Positions 28,527 to 36,430 of a stretch of 36,430 nt of DNA are shown here, one piece after another. Each line of letters opens with the position of its first letter. The first letter of the stretch is position 1. This DNA comes from Paramuribaculum sp. (GTDB lineage Bacteria > Bacteroidota > Bacteroidia > Bacteroidales > Muribaculaceae): the NCBI GenBank assembly GCA_029058705.1, contig JAIDXA010000250.1, positions 1 through 36,430 of the forward strand. Reading direction: 5' to 3'. The notes under the pieces were generated by a model that had not been told where the DNA came from, searched no databases, and was given only the letters and a program-made list of their open reading frames with translations. The translations under genes and the position numbers were made by a program.

Positions 28527-29284
28527 CCGATAAAACAGTCGATCTCAGCATAAGCAACTACGCGGCCACCCGCGGAAAAACCTATGACATCGCAATCCTT
28601 CCATGGGGAGCGACGGAACCGCACAACCTTCATCTTCCCTACCTGACGGACGCGATTCTCAGCCGTGACATCGCTACAGACGCGGCAATGCTCGCCCGTA
28701 AAGAATACGGGATCAATGCAATGGTCCTTCCACCCGTTCCGCTCGGCGCACAGAATCCGGGACAGAGAGAACTTCCGTTCTGCATCCACTACCGCCACGA
28801 CACACAGATGGCAGTTCTGACCGACATCGTCGCCTCACTCCACCATCAGGGCATGCGACGCCTGCTGATCGTGAACGGCCACGGAGGCAACACCTTCAAG
28901 GGAATGATAAGGGATCTGGCTGTCGACTATCCCGATTTCATCATCGCCTCGGGCGAATGGTTCAAGGGAGTACCTGCGAAAGATTATTTCGACCGGCCCG
29001 GAGATCACGCCGATGAAGTGGAGACTTCCGTCATGATGCACTATCATCCCGAACTCGTCGACCTCAACGAAGCCGGCCCAGGCGGGAACGGCGGATTTGC
29101 CGGAAAGGCACTCGGCCGGGGCACAGCATGGCTTCCCCGCGACTGGTCACGCATAAGCGACGACACGGGGATCGGCGATCCCTCCTTGTCGACCCCCGAA
29201 AAGGGAGCCAGATTCGCAAAGGCATGCGCGGAAGCGTTCGCAGAGGCAATCGCAGATCTGTGCCAGCCTGATCTTTACCGATAA
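28523..29284 (+). CDS. Creatininase-family amidohydrolase
   Basis: LPWGATEPHNLHLPYLTD, NGHGGN, DHADEVETS; ATGA overlap with the upstream gene. Confidence 0.9.
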   Translation: MTDKTVDLSISNYAATRGKTYDIAILPWGATEPHNLHLPYLTDAILSRDIATDAAMLARKEYGINAMVLPPVPLGAQNPGQRELPFCIHYRHDTQMAVLTDIVASLHHQGMRRLLIVNGHGGNTFKGMIRDLAVDYPDFIIASGEWFKGVPAKDYFDRPGDHADEVETSVMMHYHPELVDLNEAGPGGNGGFAGKALGRGTAWLPRDWSRISDDTGIGDPSLSTPEKGARFAKACAEAFAEAIADLCQPDLYR

Positions 29285-29320
29285 GTAATTCCAATCCAGC
29301 AACAAAACAGAACATAACCA

Positions 29321-30490
29321 ATGGATAATTTCAGCTATTGCAGTCCGACAAAATATATTTTCGGCCGAGGCGCCGAAAATCATGTGGCACATGAACTCGT
29401 TGCGATAGGGGCCGGCCGCGTACTGGTTGTCTACGGCGGGGGTTCGGTCGTCAGAAGCGGGCTTCTCGACCGAATCAAGGTTCAGCTTGACGCCGCCACA
29501 CTTTTCCACACTGAACTCGGCGGAGTAGAGCCGAACCCTACCGATCCGAAAGTAAGAGAGGGGATCGCATTATGCCGCCAGGAGAGCATCGACACGATTC
29601 TGGCCGTCGGTGGCGGGTCTGTAATAGATACGGCCAAAGCGATTGCCGCCGGAGTTCCGTACAAAGGCGATTTCTGGGATTTCTGGGCCGGCAAAGAAAC
29701 AATCCGCGAGGCGTTGCCCGTCGGTGTGGTCCTGACCATTCCTGCCGCCGGAAGCGAAGGCTCGGGCAACTCGGTCATCACACTGCTTGACGGGATGCAC
29801 AAGATCAGTCTGCGCACCGACTTCTGGCTAAGACCGAAATTCGCGCTGCTCAATCCGGAACTGACATTCACGCTGCCCCCGGAACAGACCGCAGCCGGAA
29901 TCGCCGACATGATGGCCCATATTTTCGAACGCTATTTCTCGCCTACAACGGAGGTGGAAGTCACCGACCGGCTGTCGGAAGGATTGCTGACGGCAATCAT
30001 GAACGAAGGACGCAAGGTATTTGCCGATCCTATGGATTATGATGCGAGAGCCAATATAATGTGGAGCGGCACGCTGGCCCACAACGGGATTTGCGGATGC
30101 GGCCGTAAGGAAGACTGGGTTTCGCATTTCATGGAACATGAAATCAGTGCCGTCTACGGGGTCACCCACGGCGCCGGACTTGCTGTTGTCCTACCGGCAT
30201 TCATGACCTACATGGCAGAACACCGGCCGCAAAAGGGCGCTCAACTCGCGCGACGCGTGTTTGGAGTCATCGAAAACGATGACCGCGTTGCCGCACTCGA
30301 AGGCATTGACAGACTTAAAGCGTTTTTCTCTTCGATCGGACTGCCTCTGACTTTTTCAGAGCTTGGAATCGACCGCCCCAATATAGAACTTCTGGTAAGG
30401 AAACTCCACGAAAACAAAGGCGATCTGATCGGCGGCTACATGGCTCTCGGACCGGCTGAGACAGAGCAAATCTACCGACTCGCGCTCTGA
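29321..30490 (+). CDS. Iron-containing alcohol dehydrogenase (butanol dehydrogenase/YqhD-like)
   Basis: YGGGS, GVEPNP, GGGSVIDTAK, AAGSE, HFMEHE, HGAGLA. Confidence 0.92.
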   Translation: MDNFSYCSPTKYIFGRGAENHVAHELVAIGAGRVLVVYGGGSVVRSGLLDRIKVQLDAATLFHTELGGVEPNPTDPKVREGIALCRQESIDTILAVGGGSVIDTAKAIAAGVPYKGDFWDFWAGKETIREALPVGVVLTIPAAGSEGSGNSVITLLDGMHKISLRTDFWLRPKFALLNPELTFTLPPEQTAAGIADMMAHIFERYFSPTTEVEVTDRLSEGLLTAIMNEGRKVFADPMDYDARANIMWSGTLAHNGICGCGRKEDWVSHFMEHEISAVYGVTHGAGLAVVLPAFMTYMAEHRPQKGAQLARRVFGVIENDDRVAALEGIDRLKAFFSSIGLPLTFSELGIDRPNIELLVRKLHENKGDLIGGYMALGPAETEQIYRLAL

Positions 30491-30517
30491 CAACAGACAG
30501 CGGAGACAACGCCTCGA

Positions 30518-31420
30518 CTATTGTTCGATCAGCACACCGTCGGTCTCGACCGTAAATGTCGCAGGAATGCTTTCGACAAAGGGCATGATTGCGGCAGCAT
30601 GGCCGAACGGAACGCCATAGGCAACAGGATAGGCATATTCGGCGACAAGCTCGCTGATCATCTCCTCCATAGAGCGTCCGTCGACATCGGGTGAATATTC
30701 CGTGAAATCGCCTACAATCAATCCTTTCAGACGTCCCAGAACTCCCGACAGCTTGAGCTGATACATCATCCGTTCGATCTTGTAGACCGGCTCGGAAACA
30801 TCCTCTACAAAAAGGATCGTATCCGGTTTGAGAATATCGTAGGGCGTTCCGATCAAAGCTGTCAGTACAGCCATGTTGCCGCCAAGCAGTGTTCCCGATG
30901 CGCGTCCGTTGCGGTTCAACGGATGGGGTTCGACATTATAAGAAGGCAACTCGCCCTGCAGAATTCCGAAAAGGGCGCGGGAATCATTGTCGGCCCCTGC
31001 ATGCGATGCGATGTGACGCGCCATCGGACCGTGGACAGAAGCTATTCCATGACGGTGCATGAGCGCATGAAGCGCTGAAATGTCGCTGAATCCGATTATC
31101 CATTTCGCATTGTCGCGCAGGGGAAGCCTGTCGAGCCTGTCGAGAAGATGGACAGCGCCATAGCCTCCTCTTGAGCAGAGAATCGCTTTTACGGATGGGT
31201 CGAGCAGAGCGGTTTCAAGATCTGAATAGCGCTCATCGGAAGTGCCGCTGTAAGTCCCGTGGCGTCCGAATGCATGGGGCGATGTGTAGGGTTTCCATCC
31301 CAACGACTGCAGGACCGGAATGGCAGCATATACATTCTGCGGGCGCGTTATGCCCGCAGGCGAAACGATAGCGACCTTGTCGCCCCTTTTCAAAGGATCG
31401 GGAATGATTACGTTGTGCAT
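30518..31420 (-). CDS. LD-carboxypeptidase (peptidase S66)
   Basis: RGGYG, GFSDIS, HGP, GGN, EDVSE, FGH. Confidence 0.92.
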   Translation of the reverse strand: MHNVIIPDPLKRGDKVAIVSPAGITRPQNVYAAIPVLQSLGWKPYTSPHAFGRHGTYSGTSDERYSDLETALLDPSVKAILCSRGGYGAVHLLDRLDRLPLRDNAKWIIGFSDISALHALMHRHGIASVHGPMARHIASHAGADNDSRALFGILQGELPSYNVEPHPLNRNGRASGTLLGGNMAVLTALIGTPYDILKPDTILFVEDVSEPVYKIERMMYQLKLSGVLGRLKGLIVGDFTEYSPDVDGRSMEEMISELVAEYAYPVAYGVPFGHAAAIMPFVESIPATFTVETDGVLIEQ

Positions 31421-32196
31421 CAGTTGACTTTCACATCAAGACCGGCGCTGCGGAAACGACCGGCAATTTTTTCAAGTTCATCACGTTCAACCTTATGGAG
31501 TGTGCGGCAAGGCGTCTGACGGTCGATCGAATAGAGCATTACCGATTCGGGCGCAATACGGCGGCAAGCCTCTATAAGGGCATCGATCTCGTCGTCGGTC
31601 GTGTTGTTGACCGGAATGCCATCAATCTCGCCGCGCAAGAGCATTGTCTGGACAATGGCTTTTCCCCGGAATTGCGCGATCCCATCGATTGCCCGTTCGA
31701 CAGTGAATTCAGGCGAACCAGGCCTGTCGATCAGCCTCATTGTTGCATCGATTGCCGAATCGAGTTTGAGAATGTTGTTGTCTACCCGGTTGAGCGCTCT
31801 GACAACTCCAGGGTCGCCAAGACGGGTCGAATTGCTCAGCACACTGACTTTAACACCGGGGAAATATCTGTCGCGCAAAGCAAGAGTGTCATCGATTATG
31901 CCTTCAAAGTCGGGATGGAGCGTCGGCTCGCCGTTTCCGGAAAAGGTTATTACATCGAGAGGATGACCGTCTGACTTCATCCGTCTCAGTTTGCCGTCGA
32001 GCTGATTGCGGACCTCCTCCCGCGACGGCAGTCCGGACGTACCGGGACCCTGCGCGTTGAAACCGGCCTCGCAATACAGACAGTCGAACGAACAGATCTT
32101 GCCGTCTGTCGGCGACAGATTGACCCCGAGCGAGCTACCGAGTCTTCGCGAGCGTATTGGGCCGAAAATGACTGAATGGAAAAGAACCGTCTGCAT
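31420..32196 (-). CDS. Radical SAM protein of unknown function (related to TYW1-like Fe-S oxidoreductases)
   Basis: FGPIRSRRLGSSLGVN, CSFDCLYC, FSGNGEPTLHP. Confidence 0.88.
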   Translation of the reverse strand: MQTVLFHSVIFGPIRSRRLGSSLGVNLSPTDGKICSFDCLYCEAGFNAQGPGTSGLPSREEVRNQLDGKLRRMKSDGHPLDVITFSGNGEPTLHPDFEGIIDDTLALRDRYFPGVKVSVLSNSTRLGDPGVVRALNRVDNNILKLDSAIDATMRLIDRPGSPEFTVERAIDGIAQFRGKAIVQTMLLRGEIDGIPVNNTTDDEIDALIEACRRIAPESVMLYSIDRQTPCRTLHKVERDELEKIAGRFRSAGLDVKVN

Positions 32197-32232
32197 TAAC
32201 AATTCAAAAAGAGGGGAATGAAAACCTGTTTT

Positions 32233-33333
32233 TTATTTCTTTGAGACGTCGACCCTGACAGTTGCCGGCATGGTCCGGTTTCGCTCGTCGACAGCATCGA
32301 TGACCTCGTGTGAGAGATGCGTGAAAGCCTGACCGGTAATAGTGTCGGTCAACGCTACCGGTTCGCCGCCGTCGGCCTTGTCGCAGATCGACCCGACAAG
32401 CGGAATCTGTGCGAACAAGCGTATGCCGAGCTCTTTCGCCAAAGCCACTCCCCCGTCGCGACCGAAAATGTAATAACGTTCGTCGGGGTGCTTTTCCGGT
32501 GTGAACCAGGCCATGTTTTCGACAAGGCCGAGAACCGGAACATTCACTTTGTCAGACATGAACATCGCGATTCCCTTACGGGCATCGGCAAGCGCGACCT
32601 CCTGAGGAGTGCTGACAACGACAACCCCCGTCATGGCGAGCGTCTGAACCAAAGTCAGATGGATGTCGCTCGTTCCCGGCGGCATATCGATCAGGAAATA
32701 ATCGAGTTCGCCCCAGTCGGCTTCCTCGATCAGCTGGCGCAAAGCGTTCGACGCCATGCCGCCGCGCCACAGGACCGGAGCGTTACGATCAACGAGAAAA
32801 CCGATCGACAGGAGCTTGACTCCATAACGTTCGGCAGGAATTATCAACTGACGGCCGTCGACTTCATGCATATACAGCTGCTCATCCTCGAGTCCGAACA
32901 TTTTCGGGACCGACGGCCCGAAGATATCCGCATCGAGCAAACCGACCTTATAGCCTTCGCGGGCCAAAGCCACCGCAAGGTTGGATGCGACCGTCGATTT
33001 TCCGACTCCCCCTTTTCCGGAAGAGACACCGATTATGTTGCGCACCCCCGGCAGAGCCGGCCGTTTCTTCACTTCGGGCTGTGGCACAATTGTGTTTACC
33101 GTGACTTCAACTTCGGGCGATATGCGGGTATGGACCGCAGCTTCGGCACTCTTTACAAGCGAACGCATGAAAGGGTCTGTCGGTTTCTGAAACTGAAGCG
33201 AAAAGCTGACTTTATTGCCGTCGATGCGTATGTCGTCGGCAACCATATCGAGTTCGACAATGTTTTTTCCGTTGCCCGGATAACGCACGGTTTTAAGCGC
33301 GTCAACAATCAACTGAGGATATAGTCTTTCCAT
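32233..33333 (-). CDS. mrp: Mrp/NBP35 (ApbC) Fe-S cluster carrier ATPase
   Basis: SGKGGVGKST, DADIFGPS, DMPPGTSD, VENM. Confidence 0.95.
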   Translation of the reverse strand: MERLYPQLIVDALKTVRYPGNGKNIVELDMVADDIRIDGNKVSFSLQFQKPTDPFMRSLVKSAEAAVHTRISPEVEVTVNTIVPQPEVKKRPALPGVRNIIGVSSGKGGVGKSTVASNLAVALAREGYKVGLLDADIFGPSVPKMFGLEDEQLYMHEVDGRQLIIPAERYGVKLLSIGFLVDRNAPVLWRGGMASNALRQLIEEADWGELDYFLIDMPPGTSDIHLTLVQTLAMTGVVVVSTPQEVALADARKGIAMFMSDKVNVPVLGLVENMAWFTPEKHPDERYYIFGRDGGVALAKELGIRLFAQIPLVGSICDKADGGEPVALTDTITGQAFTHLSHEVIDAVDERNRTMPATVRVDVSKK

Positions 33334-33335
33334 AA

Positions 33336-34121
33336 TTATTCCTGAACATTTTCGGTTGAATTTCCGGCAAAAAGCGCCGGCATCTGGATCTGTCCGCGCG
33401 AGAAGCTGCGGTATGTGTCGCGTTCGATCTCAATATCGGGTTCTGAGAGAGGAGATGTCTGGTCGAGGCCGAATGCAAAATATTTAATTGTCAGACCGCG
33501 GTCGAGCCACTGCTGTTCATAATATGTGCGTATGTTTAGAATCGGGTCGCCTGCGTGTGTAGTGTAGAGGTCGTCGGTGTCCACAAACACGGGGAGTCTG
33601 TTCAGTCGGGCCATCTCGCGGGTATATGTGTAGAGAAACGGGCTGTCGGACTTGAGATTAATCCTGATATTTTCGCCGGCCACCCTGCGGTAAAGCTCCA
33701 TGAAGCGGGTGGATGTAAGCCGCTTGCGGGTCTTTTTCATCTGCGGGTCGGGGAATGTTATCCATATTTCGGCCACTTCCCCTGGTGCAAAGAACTCCGG
33801 AAGAAGCTCGATGTCGGTTCTCAGAAAAGCGACATTGGTCATGTTGCGCTTTTTGGCCTGGGATGCACCGGTCCACATTCTGGCGCCCTTGATGTCTATG
33901 CCGATATAGTTTGCGTCGGGATTTGCGCCGGCGAGTCCGACAGTGTACTCCCCCTTTCCGCATCCCAGTTCGAGAATTATCGGACGGTCATTGTGGAAAA
34001 AGTCTTCATGCCACCGTCCTTTGAGCGGAAAACCGCTTTGCTGCAGCCTTGCCCATGGATACTGGAAGACGAAGTCAATCTCTTCCATCTCCCTAAATTT
34101 CTTCAGTTTATTCTTTCCCAT
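33336..34121 (-). CDS. trmB: tRNA (guanine-N7)-methyltransferase
   Basis: LELGCGKGEY, IGIDIKGAR, ITFPDP; start placed at MGKNKLKK. Confidence 0.95.
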   Translation of the reverse strand: MGKNKLKKFREMEEIDFVFQYPWARLQQSGFPLKGRWHEDFFHNDRPIILELGCGKGEYTVGLAGANPDANYIGIDIKGARMWTGASQAKKRNMTNVAFLRTDIELLPEFFAPGEVAEIWITFPDPQMKKTRKRLTSTRFMELYRRVAGENIRINLKSDSPFLYTYTREMARLNRLPVFVDTDDLYTTHAGDPILNIRTYYEQQWLDRGLTIKYFAFGLDQTSPLSEPDIEIERDTYRSFSRGQIQMPALFAGNSTENVQE

Positions 34122-34145
34122 TATCAGTTGATAGACTAAGTAATG

Positions 34146-34153
34146 CAAAATTA
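34146..34153 (-). promoter_or_regulatory. -7 promoter element (TAATTTTG) for the trmB operon
   Basis: Consensus match about 25 nt upstream of ATG 34121. Confidence 0.65.
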
Positions 34154-34188
34154 GCGAAATTCCTACCCATTGCCAAACATAGAAACGC

Positions 34189-34217
34189 AAAAAACGGCCG
34201 ACCCACGTCGCCCGTTT
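34189..34217 (-). terminator. Intrinsic terminator downstream of the ECF sigma gene
   Basis: Minus strand aaacgggcgac-gtgg-gtcggccgtttttt. Confidence 0.65.
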
Positions 34218-34330
34218 CCTTATCAATCATTCAATAAACAATAATGTGAAATTTCAAAAACCAATCAAATTATTTTAAACCAATCAAAAACGTATATGCG
34301 TGCTTTTCAGAGTAAACAGAGACAATGTGT

Positions 34331-34837
34331 TTATCTGTAGTCGGCAAACCGCTGCTGGAGGGCCTGGCGCGCGAAGAAGATGCGGCTCTTGACGGTGCCG
34401 AGCGGCAGTCCCATGTGGTCGGCGATTTCGTTATATTTGTATCCGGAGACGTGCATGGTGAACGGTATCCGGTATTTTTCAGGAAATTCCTCTATTGCAG
34501 CCGTGATCTCGTTGACTCCGTAGGAACCTTCGGGGGTGGAGAAGCCAGAGTCCTGCGGCAGGTTCAGATGATAGAGATCCTCGGTGCGGTCAACCACTGT
34601 GGCCGAACGCACAACGCGGCGGTAGTTGTTGATGAAGAGGTTGCGCATGATGGTGAAAACCCAGCCCTTGAAGTTGGTGTTTTCGGTGTATTTGTCCTCA
34701 TTGTCCAGAACCTTGAGCATTGTGTCCTGGAGTAGATCGTAAGCGTCGTCGCGGTTGGAAGTAAGGGTGTAGGCGAAGTTGAGCATGTTGCCCTGCAGAT
34801 CCATCAGGCGTCGGGTGAATGAAGTTGTTGTTGTCAT
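34331..34837 (-). CDS. ECF-type RNA polymerase sigma-70 factor
   Basis: DAYDLLQDT, NFKGWVFTIMRN, YNEIA...PLGTVKSRIFFAR. Confidence 0.95.
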   Translation of the reverse strand: MTTTTSFTRRLMDLQGNMLNFAYTLTSNRDDAYDLLQDTMLKVLDNEDKYTENTNFKGWVFTIMRNLFINNYRRVVRSATVVDRTEDLYHLNLPQDSGFSTPEGSYGVNEITAAIEEFPEKYRIPFTMHVSGYKYNEIADHMGLPLGTVKSRIFFARQALQQRFADYR

Positions 34838-34945
34838 GTCGGCTTGATTTTGCGGATTTTACTTGTTTTACTTTTTTACTTGGCTTACCGGATGAGACTC
34901 GCGGTGTCAGATCAGCAACAATGATGTTACAAATCGTTGACAATG

Positions 34946-34953
34946 CAAAGTTA
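34946..34953 (-). promoter_or_regulatory. -7 promoter element (TAACTTTG) for the ECF sigma gene
   Basis: TAACTTTGCA on the minus strand. Confidence 0.65.
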
Positions 34954-35185
34954 CGCACTTTTCATCAGTTGCAAGAATTTTAAAGTTAAAATCAGTTAAA
35001 ATAGTTACAGCGCTGTTACAGACACCTCCGTGCAGATATTCCACAGACCGGTTTCCCGTTGACAACAGGCAACTTGCATATATTTCAAAAAATAATCAGG
35101 CCAGAAATTTGCAACATTCGATAATATTCCGTATATTGCGACACGAATCTATACCAATCACAACAACGCCAGCGCAGAATGATGT

Positions 35186-36121
35186 ATGTTTTGCTATTTC
35201 AATCCCCAGCTCCAGCGGCACAAATTCGGCGCAAAAGAACTCCTGACCGAGTTCGGCCTCGCCGAATATGACTTCAATGCCCGCCGCGCGATCGCGGCTG
35301 TCGCCTCGTTCTCCCAGCCCGACCCATTGGCCGGGGCGTTGACCGACCCTCAGACTGGCAGGCGACTCGCCGTTCCATACCTCTCCGGCATTTCCCCCTA
35401 CGCATACTGCGCGGCCGATCCAATAAACCTCATCGATCCCTCAGGTGAATATACCTTAGTCAATGGCGAGTATGATTTTTTTAGTTCACTCCTCGCTATT
35501 TTCCCATCTTATGTAACCCAAAGTGGGCTCAATGAATCTCAAGCTACAATCCGAAACGATTACATTGCCGCAAAAGATTCCAATGTACCCATATTATTAG
35601 TGGATAATGTTGAGGACATGCGTAAGGCGTTCTCCGAAGTAGCGAGTTTAAGCAGATATGCGTTCATTACCATTAATGAACATGGATCACCTGGTATTTT
35701 AAAAATCGGAAATGAAACGATAGACATCACCTATGATTTTACAGTCTTTAAAGATTGCTTTTTCCTTAAAACTATCTTCATTGGAGAATGTAATGTTGGC
35801 AAAGGTATTATAGGCAAATGTTTCGTTGAACAACTTGCCGAAGAAAGTTGCTCTACAATAATAGCTCCCGAGCATGCAATTGCATCAAAACACAAGTACG
35901 ACGGTGCATATGTCAAATGTTCGATTCCAACAGATAAAATAGATTCCGACACCGGAATGCCTATATATGAGGCAATACCACACTCTTCCGATTGCAAGCC
36001 ACCTGGAATATTACCAACTTTTTTCATGTCTGTCTACGGAGTCCAAAATTATCAAATCGTTGACCTCGCATTAAATAGAATTTTTGGCTTTGTATGGAAA
36101 CTTCATTCGTCCTATGATTAA
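35186..36121 (+). CDS. Orphan RHS repeat-associated core protein with a variable C-terminal (putative toxin) domain
   Basis: HKFGAKEL...YDFNAR...DPLA...SPYAYCAADPINLIDPSG, followed by an AT-rich extension with HG...CNVG. Confidence 0.85.
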   Translation: MFCYFNPQLQRHKFGAKELLTEFGLAEYDFNARRAIAAVASFSQPDPLAGALTDPQTGRRLAVPYLSGISPYAYCAADPINLIDPSGEYTLVNGEYDFFSSLLAIFPSYVTQSGLNESQATIRNDYIAAKDSNVPILLVDNVEDMRKAFSEVASLSRYAFITINEHGSPGILKIGNETIDITYDFTVFKDCFFLKTIFIGECNVGKGIIGKCFVEQLAEESCSTIIAPEHAIASKHKYDGAYVKCSIPTDKIDSDTGMPIYEAIPHSSDCKPPGILPTFFMSVYGVQNYQIVDLALNRIFGFVWKLHSSYD

Positions 36122-36144
36122 TTCTGATTATGATCAATATCTAA

Positions 36145-36339
36145 GAGAGTTTTTGAATTTAAACCGCGTTAACAGTAATACGAATGAACGGCAGAAACTT
36201 CAAAATAATCCTGAGGTCTTTTTTGGCGAATTCCGCCAAGTCTCATCAGTCGCATAGCCCGCTATGCTCCCTCTTAAACTCGCGGAATTCGTTCAAAAAA
36301 TTTCCTCAGCCTTAATTTGATTTAATTCCAAACACTCTC
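36145..36339. mobile_element. 195-bp MITE-like element, copy 2
   Basis: Terminal inverted repeats gagagtttttgaattta / ttaattccaaacactctc; TAA on both sides (36142-36144, 36340-36342). Confidence 0.82.
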
Positions 36340-36354
36340 TAAAAAACCAAAATA

Positions 36355-36430
36355 ATGACTACACGTATTCTTCTACTTGGACTAATCATGCTGTTATGCG
36401 CCTGCAAACAGAGCACTGAAACAGCTTCTG
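36355..36430 (+). CDS. 5' end of a lipoprotein gene (truncated by the window edge)
   Basis: MTTRILLLGLIMLLCACKQSTETAS: hydrophobic core plus LCAC lipobox after an A-rich leader. Confidence 0.6.
   Translation, partial: MTTRILLLGLIMLLCACKQSTETAS

Noticed and set aside
32317-33324. 335-aa plus-strand ORF
   Set aside because: Antisense shadow of mrp
34122-34226. N-terminal extension of trmB in the ORF track
   Set aside because: It spans the promoter and the upstream terminator; the likely start is MGKNKLKK at 34121
22976-36339. Composite transposon bounded by the two MITE copies
   Set aside because: The enclosed 13 kb contains housekeeping genes (trmB, mrp), the copies are ~9% diverged and each has its own TNA flanks; independent insertions are simpler
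1-36430. CRISPR array, tRNA or rRNA genes
   Set aside because: No regularly spaced repeats or recognisable RNA gene signatures seen by eye

Overview
Chromosomal window from a Bacteroidales bacterium. The TAnnTTTG promoters, a T9SS sorting domain and the gene content suggest a gut Muribaculaceae-like organism, though that is an inference. From left to right: (1) an accessory five-gene operon with three signal-peptide-bearing paralogues carrying the phage-tailspike-type intramolecular chaperone (peptidase S74-like) domain, only the first with a T9SS C-terminal domain, followed by a gingipain-like C25 protease and a lipoprotein; (2) rubrerythrin and a GH36 alpha-galactosidase, bracketed by orphan IS-end-like sequences; (3) a glycerol-3-phosphate/glycerophosphodiester locus (glpABC, GlpT-like MFS, HAD-IIA phosphatase, divergent DeoR regulator, metallophosphoesterase, GDPD); (4) a degenerate HypE-like gene, hflX and a thioredoxin-like lipoprotein; (5) a sialic-acid cluster (MFS, Neu5Ac lyase, esterase-esterase-mutarotase fusion, creatininase-family protein) plus an Fe-alcohol dehydrogenase; (6) trmB-mrp-radical SAM-LD-carboxypeptidase and an ECF sigma factor; (7) an orphan RHS-core gene with a caspase-like C-terminus. 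Two 195-bp, ~91% identical MITE-like elements lie at 22976-23170 and 36145-36339. The best candidate for an undescribed system is the S74-triplet/C25/lipoprotein operon at 294-5691. All calls come from motif recognition by eye; no database searches were run.
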